From positions 2,144,001 through 2,208,000 of the forward strand of contig OZ245046.1 of assembly GCA_965224245.1 (NCBI GenBank): a stretch of DNA of 64,000 nt. The letters are read 5' to 3'. Each line of letters opens with the position of its first letter. Position 1 is the stretch's first letter. A program made the position numbers and the translations under genes. Source of the DNA: Candidatus Eiseniibacteriota bacterium (GTDB taxonomy: Bacteria; Eisenbacteria; RBG-16-71-46; CAZAMP01). Positions 28,519 through 37,896 of this stretch are shown here, piece after piece. Under the pieces are notes generated by a model, which did not search any database, was not told the DNA's origin, and saw only the letters and a list, made by a program, of their open reading frames with translations.

Positions 28519-28857
28519 GTGCTGAACGTCAAGATCACGCGGCTGGGCGTCGCGACCTATCTCGCGCCCGACTTCCCGCTGATCGACGAGCGCCTCTCGT
28601 CGCTCCGCGAGGCGGCCGCGACGGTTCGGGAGTCCGGGGCCTCCGACCTCGTCGTGAACCTCGAGCACGTCTCGGTCCTGGACAGCGCGTCGCTGGAGTT
28701 TCTGATCGACCTGCACACGGAGCTCCGTCAGGCCGGGGGCACGCTCAAGCTCGCGGCCGCCGACGAGCTGTGTCAGGACATCCTGGCCGCCACCCGTGTG
28801 GACAAGACGATCCCCGTCTTCGACGACCTCGAGGCCGTGGGGCGGAGCTACCTGTGA
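28519..28857 (+). CDS. STAS domain protein (anti-anti-sigma-like)
   Basis: LVVNLEHVSVLDSASLEFL...GGTLKL; 112 aa. Confidence 0.85.
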   Translation: MLNVKITRLGVATYLAPDFPLIDERLSSLREAAATVRESGASDLVVNLEHVSVLDSASLEFLIDLHTELRQAGGTLKLAAADELCQDILAATRVDKTIPVFDDLEAVGRSYL

Positions 28858-30560
28858 GCACGATCCGTACGCGCCGCCTGCCGCTCGGCGATCAGCTGGT
28901 GGCGCGCGCCGTCATCACGCCCGAGCAGCGCGACGAGGCGCTCGCACTCCACGCGTCCAGCGGTCGCCGGCTGGGCGAGATCGTCACCGAGAAAGGGTGG
29001 GCGACCGAGGCCGACGTCGTGCGCTGCCTGGCCGAGCTTCGCGACCTGCCGTTCGTCCGTCTCCGCCAGGGGCTCGTGGATCGCCGGATCGTCGAGATCC
29101 TGCCCCGGGAGAAGGCCGAGACCCACGACGTGCTGCCGCTCTTCCGGATCCACAACCGACTGTTCCTCGCCACCGCCGACCCGCAGAAGGTCTTCGTCAC
29201 CGACCTCGTCGAGAAGCTGACCGGCTGCCACGTCGAGCTGGTGGTCACGCTCCGCGAGGACATCCGGACCATGCTCGCCGACGCCTACGGCCAGACGGAC
29301 GCGCCCCTCGACGACTTCGTTCCCGGACTCGACGAGGCCGACGTCCAGCTGGTCATGCCCGAGCTCGAGGGCGGCATCGACGACATCGCCGAGCTCGCGG
29401 GCGAGAGCCCCACCATCAACCTCGTGAACCTGATCATCTTCAAGGCGATCAAGGAGCGGGCCAGCGACATCCACATCGAGCCCGAGCGCTTGTTCTTCCG
29501 GGTTCGCTACCGCATCGACGGCATGCTGTACGAGGTGATGAAGCACCGGATCGAGCTGCACTCGGCCGTGGTGTCCCGGCTCAAGATCATGGCCAACCTG
29601 GACATCGCCGAGCGTCGCCTGCCGCAGGACGGGCGCATCCAGGTGCTCGCCCAGGGCCGCTCGGTCGATCTGCGGTTCTCGTCTCTCCCCAGCGTCAGCG
29701 GCGAGAAGATCGTGCTGCGGGTGCTGGACAAGGAATCGGTAAGCCTGGACCTGGCAGAGCTCGGGTTCTCGGGCCAGACGCTGAGTACGTTCCGGGCGCT
29801 TCTTCACAAGCCGCACGGGCTGGTCCTGGTGACCGGGCCCACCGGAAGCGGCAAGACGACGACGCTGTACGCCGGGCTCCGCCATCTGAACTCGCTCGAG
29901 ACGAACATCGTGACGATCGAGGACCCCGTCGAGTACCAGTTCGAGATCATCAACCAGAACCAGGTCCGCGAGGACATCGGACTCACCTACGCGCGAATCC
30001 TCAAGCACGTGCTCCGTCAGGACCCGGACGTCGTCATGGTCGGCGAGATCCGGGACGCCGAGACCGCGCAGATCGCGGTTCAGGCCGCCCTCACCGGGCA
30101 CCTGGTGCTCTCGACGCTGCACACCAACGACGCGGCGAGCGCGATGTCGCGCCTGCTCGACATGGGGGTCGAGTCGTATCTCCTCGCGTCCTCGCTCGTG
30201 GGCGTGCTCGCCCAGCGGCTGGTCCGGACGCTGTGTCCGGCCTGCTCGCTTCCCTACTACCCGTCCCCGGCGGAGCTGACGCTGCTCGGCACCACGAGCG
30301 ATCAGTCGCCGCAGCTCCGGCGCGGAAAGGGATGCTCGGAGTGCTACGACTCGGGCTACCGGGGACGCGCGGGCATCTACGAGCTCTTGACCGTGGACCG
30401 GGCGCTCCAGGACCTGCTCCTGGCCAGCCCCACGCTGGACGACATCCGGACCTATCAGCATGACCAGGACCTCGGGACGCTCCGCGCCGAGGGGATCCGG
30501 AAGATCCTCGAGGGACGGACGACGATCGAGGAGGTCACGCGCGCGGTCCTGATCGACTGA
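28854..30560 (+). CDS. PilB/GspE assembly ATPase with N-terminal MshEN-like domain
   Basis: GTGA overlap with STAS; ASDIHIEP, PQDGR, GPTGSGKTTTLY, LRQDPD, GEIRD, AALTGH, tetra-Cys CPAC/CSEC; N-terminal PLGDQL...RLGEIV..KG. Confidence 0.93.
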   Translation: MSTIRTRRLPLGDQLVARAVITPEQRDEALALHASSGRRLGEIVTEKGWATEADVVRCLAELRDLPFVRLRQGLVDRRIVEILPREKAETHDVLPLFRIHNRLFLATADPQKVFVTDLVEKLTGCHVELVVTLREDIRTMLADAYGQTDAPLDDFVPGLDEADVQLVMPELEGGIDDIAELAGESPTINLVNLIIFKAIKERASDIHIEPERLFFRVRYRIDGMLYEVMKHRIELHSAVVSRLKIMANLDIAERRLPQDGRIQVLAQGRSVDLRFSSLPSVSGEKIVLRVLDKESVSLDLAELGFSGQTLSTFRALLHKPHGLVLVTGPTGSGKTTTLYAGLRHLNSLETNIVTIEDPVEYQFEIINQNQVREDIGLTYARILKHVLRQDPDVVMVGEIRDAETAQIAVQAALTGHLVLSTLHTNDAASAMSRLLDMGVESYLLASSLVGVLAQRLVRTLCPACSLPYYPSPAELTLLGTTSDQSPQLRRGKGCSECYDSGYRGRAGIYELLTVDRALQDLLLASPTLDDIRTYQHDQDLGTLRAEGIRKILEGRTTIEEVTRAVLID

Positions 30561-30570
30561 GAGGATTCCG

Positions 30571-31707
30571 ATGGCCGTCGACGTCGCCAAGCTCCAGCTC
30601 GTCGAGCCCGACCCGAACGAGCCCGATCCCGCGCCGAGCCGCTCCCGCTCGATCACCTTGCCGTGGCTGAAACCGACCGTCTCCTCGGACGAGCTGGGCA
30701 TCTTCTGCCGGCAGCTCGCGCTGCTGCTGGAGACCGGAAACGCACTGGTACCGTCGATCGCCGCTCTGGGCGGGAAGCTCGACGGACTCCTGGGGACCAT
30801 CCTGCGTGACGTCCACGCGCGTCTGGAGGAGGGACACAGCTTCTCGGAGTGTCTCTCGAAGCATCCGGGGACGTTCGATCCCCTGTTCGTCAACATCGTG
30901 CGCGCCGGCGAGGCCACCGGAGAGCTCCGGCAGAGCCTCGAGCGCCTGGCGTCGGTCCTCGAGACGCGGACCCAGCTTCACCGAAGGCTCCGCGAGGCCA
31001 TGACCTACCCGATCGTCCTCCTGGTGGTCATGGTGCTCGTGCTGACCTTCATGTCGATCTTCGTCCTGCCCCGTTTCGATCGCATGTTCGCGGACATGGG
31101 CGCCGAGCTCCCGCTGGTGACGAGGCTCCTTCTCGGGTTCGACCGCTTTATCGGCTCAAGCTGGCCAATTCTCGGTCCGATATCACTAGTGGCCGCGTTT
31201 CCGGTTCGGAAGCTGTGGCGGTCGAAGCGGATGTGCAGCTGGCGCGACGACATGAAGCTGCGACTCCCGATCGTGGGGAAGCTGTACACCGAGTCGTACC
31301 TGTTCCAGATGTTCATGAGCCTCGGTCTCCTGATCGGGACCCGTGTCCCGCTCTTGGACGCGATCCGGATCACCCGGGGATCGGTGGCGAACGTGCATTT
31401 CGAGCAGTTCTTCGATCGTCTCGCGGAGAGCGCGGAGGATGGTCTGGGTCTGGCGAACGCGTTCGCCGAGTCGAGCATCCTCCCCGATGCGGTGAAGCTG
31501 ATGATCGCGACCGGGGAGTCGTCCGGATCGCTGCACGTCGTGATGACACGACTCAGTCAGCGATACCGGGACGAGCTGGAGAGCGACATCCGCCGTCTCA
31601 GCTCCGCGATCGAGCCGGTGATGCTGGTCGTGATGGGGATCTTGGTGGGAGTCGTCGCGATCGCGCTGGTTGTGCCGCTGTTCAGGCTGTCACAAGCCGT
31701 GCACTAG
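30571..31707 (+). CDS. PilC/GspF platform protein
   Basis: FCRQLALLLETG, AGEATGEL, AMTYP, TGESSGSL, IEPVMLV. Confidence 0.92.
   Translation: MAVDVAKLQLVEPDPNEPDPAPSRSRSITLPWLKPTVSSDELGIFCRQLALLLETGNALVPSIAALGGKLDGLLGTILRDVHARLEEGHSFSECLSKHPGTFDPLFVNIVRAGEATGELRQSLERLASVLETRTQLHRRLREAMTYPIVLLVVMVLVLTFMSIFVLPRFDRMFADMGAELPLVTRLLLGFDRFIGSSWPILGPISLVAAFPVRKLWRSKRMCSWRDDMKLRLPIVGKLYTESYLFQMFMSLGLLIGTRVPLLDAIRITRGSVANVHFEQFFDRLAESAEDGLGLANAFAESSILPDAVKLMIATGESSGSLHVVMTRLSQRYRDELESDIRRLSSAIEPVMLVVMGILVGVVAIALVVPLFRLSQAVH
31156..31183 (+). promoter_or_regulatory. sigma28-like internal promoter within pilC, upstream of the pilin genes
   Basis: TCAAG-N15-TCCGATAT inside a patch of rare A/T-ending codons. 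Confidence 0.5.
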
Positions 31708-31737
31708 TCGACGGCGAACTGAGTCGACGGCGAACTG
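31706..31737 (+). repeat. Perfect 16-bp tandem direct repeat, 2 copies
   Basis: AGTCGACGGCGAACTG at 31706-31721 and 31722-31737. Confidence 0.9.
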
Positions 31738-31779
31738 CGAATGCGTCGACATGACGTCCTACGTAAGGAGTGGGTCGAG

Positions 31780-32298
31780 ATGCGGAACTTGCTAGGCAAT
31801 CGCTCGGGCTTCACGCTCGTCGAGCTTCTGATCGTCGTGATCATCCTGGGGGTGCTGGCCGCGGTCGCGATCCCCCAGTTCACGACGAGCACCGAGGACG
31901 CGCGGGTGGCGTCGCTCGACACCAACCTGAGCCAGGTGCGTAACGCCATCGAGCTCTACTACCACCAGCACAACAATGCGTACCCCGGCGCCATCAAGAC
32001 CGACGGCAGCGGACCGGTCATCGATGCCGCGGAAGCGGCGGCGGCGTTCGTGGCCCAGCTCACGCAGTACACCTCGGTGACCGGCGCGGTCTCCACGACG
32101 CGTGACGCCACGTACAAGTACGGTCCGTACCTGAAGGTCGGGATGCCGGAGAACCCGTTCAACGACCTCTCCACCGTGCTGTGCGACATCGCGACGACCG
32201 ACATCTCGGCCGTCGCCAGCGACGGCACGACCGGCTGGAAGTTCTACACCGAGACCGGGCGACTGTTGGCCAACGACGGCGCGCACGACTCGCACTGA
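31780..32298 (+). CDS. Probable major type IV pilin / GspG-like pseudopilin
   Basis: AAGGAG RBS; class III signal RSG|FTLVELLIVVIILGVLAAVAIP; YGPYL...PENPFN. Confidence 0.88.
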   Translation: MRNLLGNRSGFTLVELLIVVIILGVLAAVAIPQFTTSTEDARVASLDTNLSQVRNAIELYYHQHNNAYPGAIKTDGSGPVIDAAEAAAAFVAQLTQYTSVTGAVSTTRDATYKYGPYLKVGMPENPFNDLSTVLCDIATTDISAVASDGTTGWKFYTETGRLLANDGAHDSH

Positions 32299-32320
32299 CC
32301 GATCGGGACACGCGCGTCGG

Positions 32321-32824
32321 ATGACCCACGCGAACGGCGAGCGGCCGGGGCACCTCGGGGCGGACGGCTTCACGCTGACCGAGGTGCTCTTCGTCGTCGG
32401 CGTGCTCGGCATCCTGGCCGTCGTGGCCGTGACCGTCTTCGGGAGCGCACACACGGACGTGTCTCTCGAGGAGGCTGCCGAGCGGCTGGGTGCCGACATT
32501 GAGTACGCACGCGATCGGGCCGTGGCGAGGGGTCATGCGCAGGTCCTTCGCTTTTCCGATTCCGGACGGCGCTACGAGATCGCGGACGCGAAGGGAACCC
32601 TGATGCACCCCGTCTCCCGAGACGCGTTCCAGGTCGGGATATCGGAGCTGGTCGGAGGACACCCGATAACCGTGTCGATCAGCGGCCTCCCCGGCGACAG
32701 CCTGTCCTTCGACACCGACGGGCTCCCCAGCGCCGGGGGCACGATCGACATCGAGAGCGGATCGTCGCGATGGCGGGTCGAGGTCGCCAAGTCGACGGGC
32801 CGAGTGACGGTCGGTCGAATGTAG
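32321..32824 (+). CDS. Minor pilin (FimT/GspH-like)
   Basis: DG|FTLTEVLFVV; LGADIEYARDRAV; FDTDGLP...STGRV. Confidence 0.85.
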   Translation: MTHANGERPGHLGADGFTLTEVLFVVGVLGILAVVAVTVFGSAHTDVSLEEAAERLGADIEYARDRAVARGHAQVLRFSDSGRRYEIADAKGTLMHPVSRDAFQVGISELVGGHPITVSISGLPGDSLSFDTDGLPSAGGTIDIESGSSRWRVEVAKSTGRVTVGRM

Positions 32825-32845
32825 CGCGCATCCAGGACGGCGAAG

Positions 32846-33952
32846 ATGGTGGTGATGTTCGCGGAGCGACCTCGAAATGGCTTCACGCTCGTCGAGCTCC
32901 TCTTGGCCGCGAGCATCACGGCGATCCTCGTTCTGGGTGTCGTGTCGGTCCTCCGGACGAGCATCTGGTTGACCGACGCCGTGGATGCCGACCGCGATCT
33001 CCAGGAGACGGCGCGACTCCTCACCACGCGCCTCGGAGCCGACCTCCGGGCCACGACGATCGTCGCCTCCACGAGCCGCGCGCTCACGCTCGTCGAGTCC
33101 GCCTCCGGCGACACCATCCGCTGGCAGTGGTCGGGCACGGCCGGTGATCCGATCACCCGCCGGGTGGGCACGGGCGCGCTCGTGGCCCTCGCCGACGCGG
33201 CGGACGGCGTCGTCTTCACGTCCACCAGCCTCCAGCGCACGGTGGACTCGGAGATCGTCCAGGAGGCCGTCTCGGACACGCTGGCGGCCTCGTTCACGTC
33301 CGCCGACTGGTCGGCCCTGGTGGACTCCACCGCGTGTGCGTACGACACGCCGCGCACCTACCGGATCGATGGACAGAGCTGGGCGGCCGAGGAGTTCCTG
33401 ACCCCACGCTCGATGACGGCGATCACCGAGGCCAAGCTGCGCATGGCCTCGATCGGCAGCCTGCGCCCGGCGGTGGATCTCCTGGTCGAGATCCGCCGGA
33501 GCTCCGCCTCGATCGACCAGCCCGGGGCGCTCTACGCGGAGGGCACGCTCTCCCGGATGACCGTCGGCGGGACGTGGGCCGATGTCCCGGTGACCTTCAC
33601 GCCGGTGGACGACGCTCCGCTCGGGTTTCAGGAGCCGCTCTGGCTCGTGTGCCGCGGCAAAGGCACGGCGCTCGACTACGCCGGCAGCGTGCAGGTGACG
33701 CAGCTCACCGGATGCGGCCACGGAGAGCACCCGAGCGACTCGAACTGGTTCCGGGAGACGAGCGACTCGGGCGCCTCCTGGTCGGCCCGCAACCGCGACG
33801 TCGAGATGACCTTCTCGGTCCGCGGCCAGTACACGACACCGTCGGTCGTCGACACCACCGAGACGCTGACCCACACGACCGGCGTCGGCTACGACATCCA
33901 GCTGAGCGAGGGGGAACATGCCGTTCGGCGTGCCGGATACATCGCTCAGTGA
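32846..33952 (+). CDS. Large minor pilin (PilW/GspJ-like) with inserted beta-rich domain
   Basis: NG|FTLVELLLA; RLGADLR; 368 aa. Confidence 0.78.
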   Translation: MVVMFAERPRNGFTLVELLLAASITAILVLGVVSVLRTSIWLTDAVDADRDLQETARLLTTRLGADLRATTIVASTSRALTLVESASGDTIRWQWSGTAGDPITRRVGTGALVALADAADGVVFTSTSLQRTVDSEIVQEAVSDTLAASFTSADWSALVDSTACAYDTPRTYRIDGQSWAAEEFLTPRSMTAITEAKLRMASIGSLRPAVDLLVEIRRSSASIDQPGALYAEGTLSRMTVGGTWADVPVTFTPVDDAPLGFQEPLWLVCRGKGTALDYAGSVQVTQLTGCGHGEHPSDSNWFRETSDSGASWSARNRDVEMTFSVRGQYTTPSVVDTTETLTHTTGVGYDIQLSEGEHAVRRAGYIAQ

Positions 33953-33953
33953 G

Positions 33954-35195
33954 GTGCCACGGGGAACCCGAGGCAGCATTCTCGTGACGACGGTGCTCTT
34001 GACCTGTCTCGTCACGACCGTCCTCACCGCAGCCGCCTACCGCACGAGCCTCCGGGTCCGGGCCCGGCACGAGGAGAACGACGGCGCGTCGGCCCGCGCC
34101 TACGCGGTGGGCGCCCTCGAGGCGGGCGTTCGACGGGCCGCGGATCTCGGCGACTGGCGCAACACCATCACGACCGACACCTGGGTCGGCGACTACCCCT
34201 TCGGCGACGGCGCGTTCTTCATCCGGGCGTCCGATCCGACCGACGGCATCGTCCTCGCGAACGGGGTCGGCGGCTCCGCATCGACCGATACGCTGCTGAT
34301 GGAGGCCCGCGCGACCTGCGGGGACGTCGAACGCGCGGTGGCCGCACGCTACGTCCCCCTGCCCCATCCGGCGACCGCGTCGGCGATCTTCGCCGACGAC
34401 CTGGTGACGCTCCAGGGCGGTCGCATCGAGGGCGACGTGCGCGCGAACTCCCACGTGACCGATCCCACCGGTACCGCCGTCGTCGTCGGCGACATCACGA
34501 CGGTGACCGGAAGCACGGTCTCTCCGATCCTCGACGATGGGGACACCGACGTCTTCTACGAGGCGAGCAAGCTCGTGCCGCCGTACGTGACGCCGGCGTG
34601 GTTTCAGGCCGTCGGGGAGGAGATCACGTTGCCCGCCGACGGGGGTCTCCGCAACGTGACCATCACGCCGGAGTCGAACCCGTACGGATCCCCGAACCCC
34701 GAGGGCATCTACTGGATCGACGGCGGCGGCGGGACCATCACCCTGGAGCAGACCGTCATCGTGGCCTGCCTGGCCATCGTGAACGTCAGCGACGTTCTCG
34801 TCCGGGAGGATCTGTTCAGCACGTCGGATCCCGGAACGAGCTTCTATCTTCGTTCGCCCGAGCCGGAACGGCTACCGGCGCTCGTCGTCGACGGCCGCAT
34901 CGACATGGCGATCCACGGCGGTGAGCCGCTGTCCTACGAGCTCGGTGGCCAGACGCACTACGTGACCTCGGAGATCGTCGGCGTGATCTACGCCTCCGAT
35001 CGCTTCCGGGGCCCGCAGAAGAACGGCAGCGGATCGCTCGAGATGTCGGGCGCGATCATCGCGTCCGAGGTGCAGATCTGGTCGACCGACTTCACGCTCA
35101 GACACGACCCCGCCCTGAACACCTCGGCCCTGGTCGAGCTCGAGAGCAGCGAGCTCCGGCCCGTGCCGGGGACCCTGCAGGATACGACGCCATGA
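33954..35195 (+). CDS. PilX/GspK-like minor pilin with large C-terminal domain
   Basis: RG|SILVTTVLL without Glu5; ARAYAVGALEAG; start chosen at the GTG just after the previous stop. Confidence 0.7.
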   Translation: MPRGTRGSILVTTVLLTCLVTTVLTAAAYRTSLRVRARHEENDGASARAYAVGALEAGVRRAADLGDWRNTITTDTWVGDYPFGDGAFFIRASDPTDGIVLANGVGGSASTDTLLMEARATCGDVERAVAARYVPLPHPATASAIFADDLVTLQGGRIEGDVRANSHVTDPTGTAVVVGDITTVTGSTVSPILDDGDTDVFYEASKLVPPYVTPAWFQAVGEEITLPADGGLRNVTITPESNPYGSPNPEGIYWIDGGGGTITLEQTVIVACLAIVNVSDVLVREDLFSTSDPGTSFYLRSPEPERLPALVVDGRIDMAIHGGEPLSYELGGQTHYVTSEIVGVIYASDRFRGPQKNGSGSLEMSGAIIASEVQIWSTDFTLRHDPALNTSALVELESSELRPVPGTLQDTTP

Positions 35196-35740
35196 GCCCG
35201 CACGTCCCGAGACCGGGCGGAGGGGGCCCGGGCGATGCCGGCCTGACCCTGATCGAGGCCGTCACCACGACGGTGATCGCGCTGGTGCTGGCGGCGGCGG
35301 TCGGCACGGCGGCTCACGTGATCCTGAGCGCCGACGAGGACGCGAACACGCAGACGATCGTCGGCGAGATCGGGCTCGCGCTTCTGGAGGAGGCGCTGAC
35401 CCTGCCATTCGAGGATCCGGAGGCTCCGAGCGCGACGCTCGGGCCGGAGGCGGGCGAGTTTCCGACCGTGTCGCGCGCGCTCTTCGACGACGTCGACGAC
35501 TACGCGGCCTGGGACGGCACCGCCACGCTTCAGACCAAGGACGGCAAGCCGATCGCGTCGCCCTATCGCCGTCGCGTGGACGTGACCTACGTGACCCCGG
35601 ACTCGTTCACGGTGACGTCGCTCACGCCGACCAACCACAAGCGTGTCCTGGTCACGGTCACCGACACGCTCGGCGTCGAGCAAGAACACTTTCAGGCGCT
35701 ACGTGCGCGGGGAGGTCGCGTTGTCGACGTCCCGTTCTGA
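35192..35740 (+). CDS. Minor pilin (PilV/GspI/MshD-like)
   Basis: AG|LTLIEAV; FDDVDDY; KRVLVTV; ATGA overlap. Confidence 0.8.
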   Translation: MSPHVPRPGGGGPGDAGLTLIEAVTTTVIALVLAAAVGTAAHVILSADEDANTQTIVGEIGLALLEEALTLPFEDPEAPSATLGPEAGEFPTVSRALFDDVDDYAAWDGTATLQTKDGKPIASPYRRRVDVTYVTPDSFTVTSLTPTNHKRVLVTVTDTLGVEQEHFQALRARGGRVVDVPF

Positions 35741-36779
35741 TCCGGCTCCCGAGGCCCGCTCTCGACAGGCCGGAGATCTCGGGCGACTCGGGCGCGGAGC
35801 GCTGGCTCTCCGGCAGCTGGCCGCCGCGGTGGGCATCGCCGACCGGTCTCGTCTCGTGGGAATGGAGCTCAGCGAGAGCTGGATACGGCTGGCCGAGCAG
35901 GTCGACGGCTGCTGGCACTGCCATCACATCGTCGTCGACGAGTCCGGCCACGCGCGCGATCCGCGTCCCGCCGCGCGGCGCGCTCGACGCGAGGGTGGGG
36001 CGGTGCTGGCGTCTCCGACGCTGGACATCTTCCCGATGACCATCCCGTCGCACTCCGATCGCCCCGTGGACGCGCTCGTCGTGGAGCACGCACAGGGCCG
36101 CCTCCGCTACCCGCTGGCCGATGCCGTTCTGGACTACGCGCGGATCCCGACGCGCTTCCGTCGCCCGGGCGAGTCGGGACTCGCGGTGCTGGTGTACGCG
36201 GCGGAGCGCGAGCGGGTCGACGCGCTCCTGGACGCCGCCCAGAGCGTGGGCCTCGACGTCTCCGAGCTGACGTCGCCGGCGATCGCGTTCGCATCGCGGC
36301 TGTCGGCGCACGACCGGGCGCCGCGGCTTTTGATCGCGACCTCGGAGACGACGACCTCCATCGCGGTCGTGGCGGAAGCCCACGTGCTGTTCGAGCGCCT
36401 TCTGCCCATCGGCGAACGGGACGTGCTGGCCCGGGTGTCCAAGGTCCTGGAGATCAACACCCGCCAGAGCCGGCGGCTCCTGCGCGAGAAGCGACGGGAC
36501 GCGATGACCGGCGCGCTCCGCGACATCCTCGGGCCCACCCAGATCGAGCTCACGCGAGAGGCGCTGGGCTGCCTGGACTACTGCACCAGCTTCCTCCATC
36601 ACCCGTCGATCGCCGAGGTGATCCTGACCGGCCCCCTGGGGATCGTCGACGGCCTCGCCGAGGCGATCGGCGACGGGCTTTCGCTGCCCGTGATCGCCCG
36701 CGCGGGCGCCGAGGACGTGGCGCCCGAGTACGACGCCGCGGTCGCGGCCGCGCTCGCGTCGAGGGAGGCTCGGGCGTGA
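35721..36779 (+). CDS. pilM: PilM-like actin-fold assembly protein
   Basis: GGAGG then TTG; VGMELSESWIRL, VLDY, VILTG; position before pilN/pilO; divergent. Confidence 0.7.
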   Translation: MSTSRSDPAPEARSRQAGDLGRLGRGALALRQLAAAVGIADRSRLVGMELSESWIRLAEQVDGCWHCHHIVVDESGHARDPRPAARRARREGGAVLASPTLDIFPMTIPSHSDRPVDALVVEHAQGRLRYPLADAVLDYARIPTRFRRPGESGLAVLVYAAERERVDALLDAAQSVGLDVSELTSPAIAFASRLSAHDRAPRLLIATSETTTSIAVVAEAHVLFERLLPIGERDVLARVSKVLEINTRQSRRLLREKRRDAMTGALRDILGPTQIELTREALGCLDYCTSFLHHPSIAEVILTGPLGIVDGLAEAIGDGLSLPVIARAGAEDVAPEYDAAVAAALASREARA

Positions 36780-37354
36780 GCGGGATCAACCTCGTCCCCA
36801 GCGAGCGGCTGCAGCGCCGGGCGGCCGAACGACGGTTCGTGGCCTGGGGTCGCGCGATCGCGATCGTCGTGCTGGTCCTCGTCCTCGCCCATCTCGGGGT
36901 CCGGAAGCTGGCCTCGGACGCCGACGGGCGTGTCGCGGCGTTGCGCCAGCGCTACGCGCTCCTCACGGAGGACATCCGCCTGGCCGAAAACCTGATCAAG
37001 GAACGCGATCGCCTGCTTCGCCGAAAGGCGGCCATCGCCGAGATCTCGAGCGAGCCGCGCGCGACCGAGTTCCTGGAGACCACGGGCCACGCGTTGACGC
37101 CCCAGGCGCATCTCAGCCTCCTCCAGCTGGCCCGCGAGCGGGACGCGGTGGAGGCCGCGCTGACCGGAGACGCGACGCTGGTCGTGCGCGGGGTGGCACC
37201 CGACATCGGGGAGGTCGGTTTGATCCTGCGTCAGATGCGCATGGCGACGCTGTTCTCGGACGTCACGTTCATCGGCTCGGGCGAGCGCGGGCGTGGCGGG
37301 CGCGACGGAATCGCGTTCGAGCTGGCCTGTCGTTCGGAGCGGGAGATCCCATGA
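36776..37354 (+). CDS. pilN: PilN-like protein
   Basis: N-terminal INLVP motif, TM, coiled coil, VRGVA...FELAC. Confidence 0.82.
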   Translation: MSGINLVPSERLQRRAAERRFVAWGRAIAIVVLVLVLAHLGVRKLASDADGRVAALRQRYALLTEDIRLAENLIKERDRLLRRKAAIAEISSEPRATEFLETTGHALTPQAHLSLLQLARERDAVEAALTGDATLVVRGVAPDIGEVGLILRQMRMATLFSDVTFIGSGERGRGGRDGIAFELACRSEREIP

Positions 37355-37896
37355 CGCTCGAGACGAGACGGATCGATCAGATGGGCGCGGGCGTGGCGAT
37401 CCTCCTCGTCGCCGCGTTCGCGGTGCTCACGTGGGTGAGCGGCATCACCCCGCTCCGCGAGGCGGCGTACGCCGAGCACACGCTCGAGCAGGCGGTGGCC
37501 ATCCTCCACGACGCCGAGGCCGGTCTGTCGGGCCTGGACGACGAGATCGCCGACGTGAGCGCCGCCCTCGCCGCGAGCGAGGCGGCCCTGCCGGCGTCAC
37601 TCGACCTGGAGGGGTTCCTAGCCTACGTGCAGACGCTGGCCGCCGGGAACGCCGTTCGCATCGAGACCCTGACGCCCGGCGCCGGCCACGACCGGGCCCT
37701 CTACCACGAGCGGCGGGTCACGATGCGGCTCGTGGGACACTTTCTGGACGTCTACCGGTTCCTGCGCGCGCTCGAGGACGGCCAGCGGCTCGCGCTCGTG
37801 GACCACCTGAACCTGGTCGGATCCCCGAGCACGTCCGAGTGCGCGGCCGACCTCGAGATCGTCCTCTACACCTCGCCGGAAGGACCGACCTCGTGA
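37351..37896 (+). CDS. pilO: PilO-like protein
   Basis: TM, coiled coil, ALP, GHFLDVYRFLRALE..RL. Confidence 0.82.
   Translation: MTLETRRIDQMGAGVAILLVAAFAVLTWVSGITPLREAAYAEHTLEQAVAILHDAEAGLSGLDDEIADVSAALAASEAALPASLDLEGFLAYVQTLAAGNAVRIETLTPGAGHDRALYHERRVTMRLVGHFLDVYRFLRALEDGQRLALVDHLNLVGSPSTSECAADLEIVLYTSPEGPTS

Noticed and set aside
26973-28853. 1195-aa version of PilB
   Set aside because: The extension overlaps the HD-GYP and STAS genes out of frame; the real start is GTG 28854. Similar over-extended starts were trimmed for batA, DUF58, moxR, larA, purD, tamB, dxr, tsf and others.
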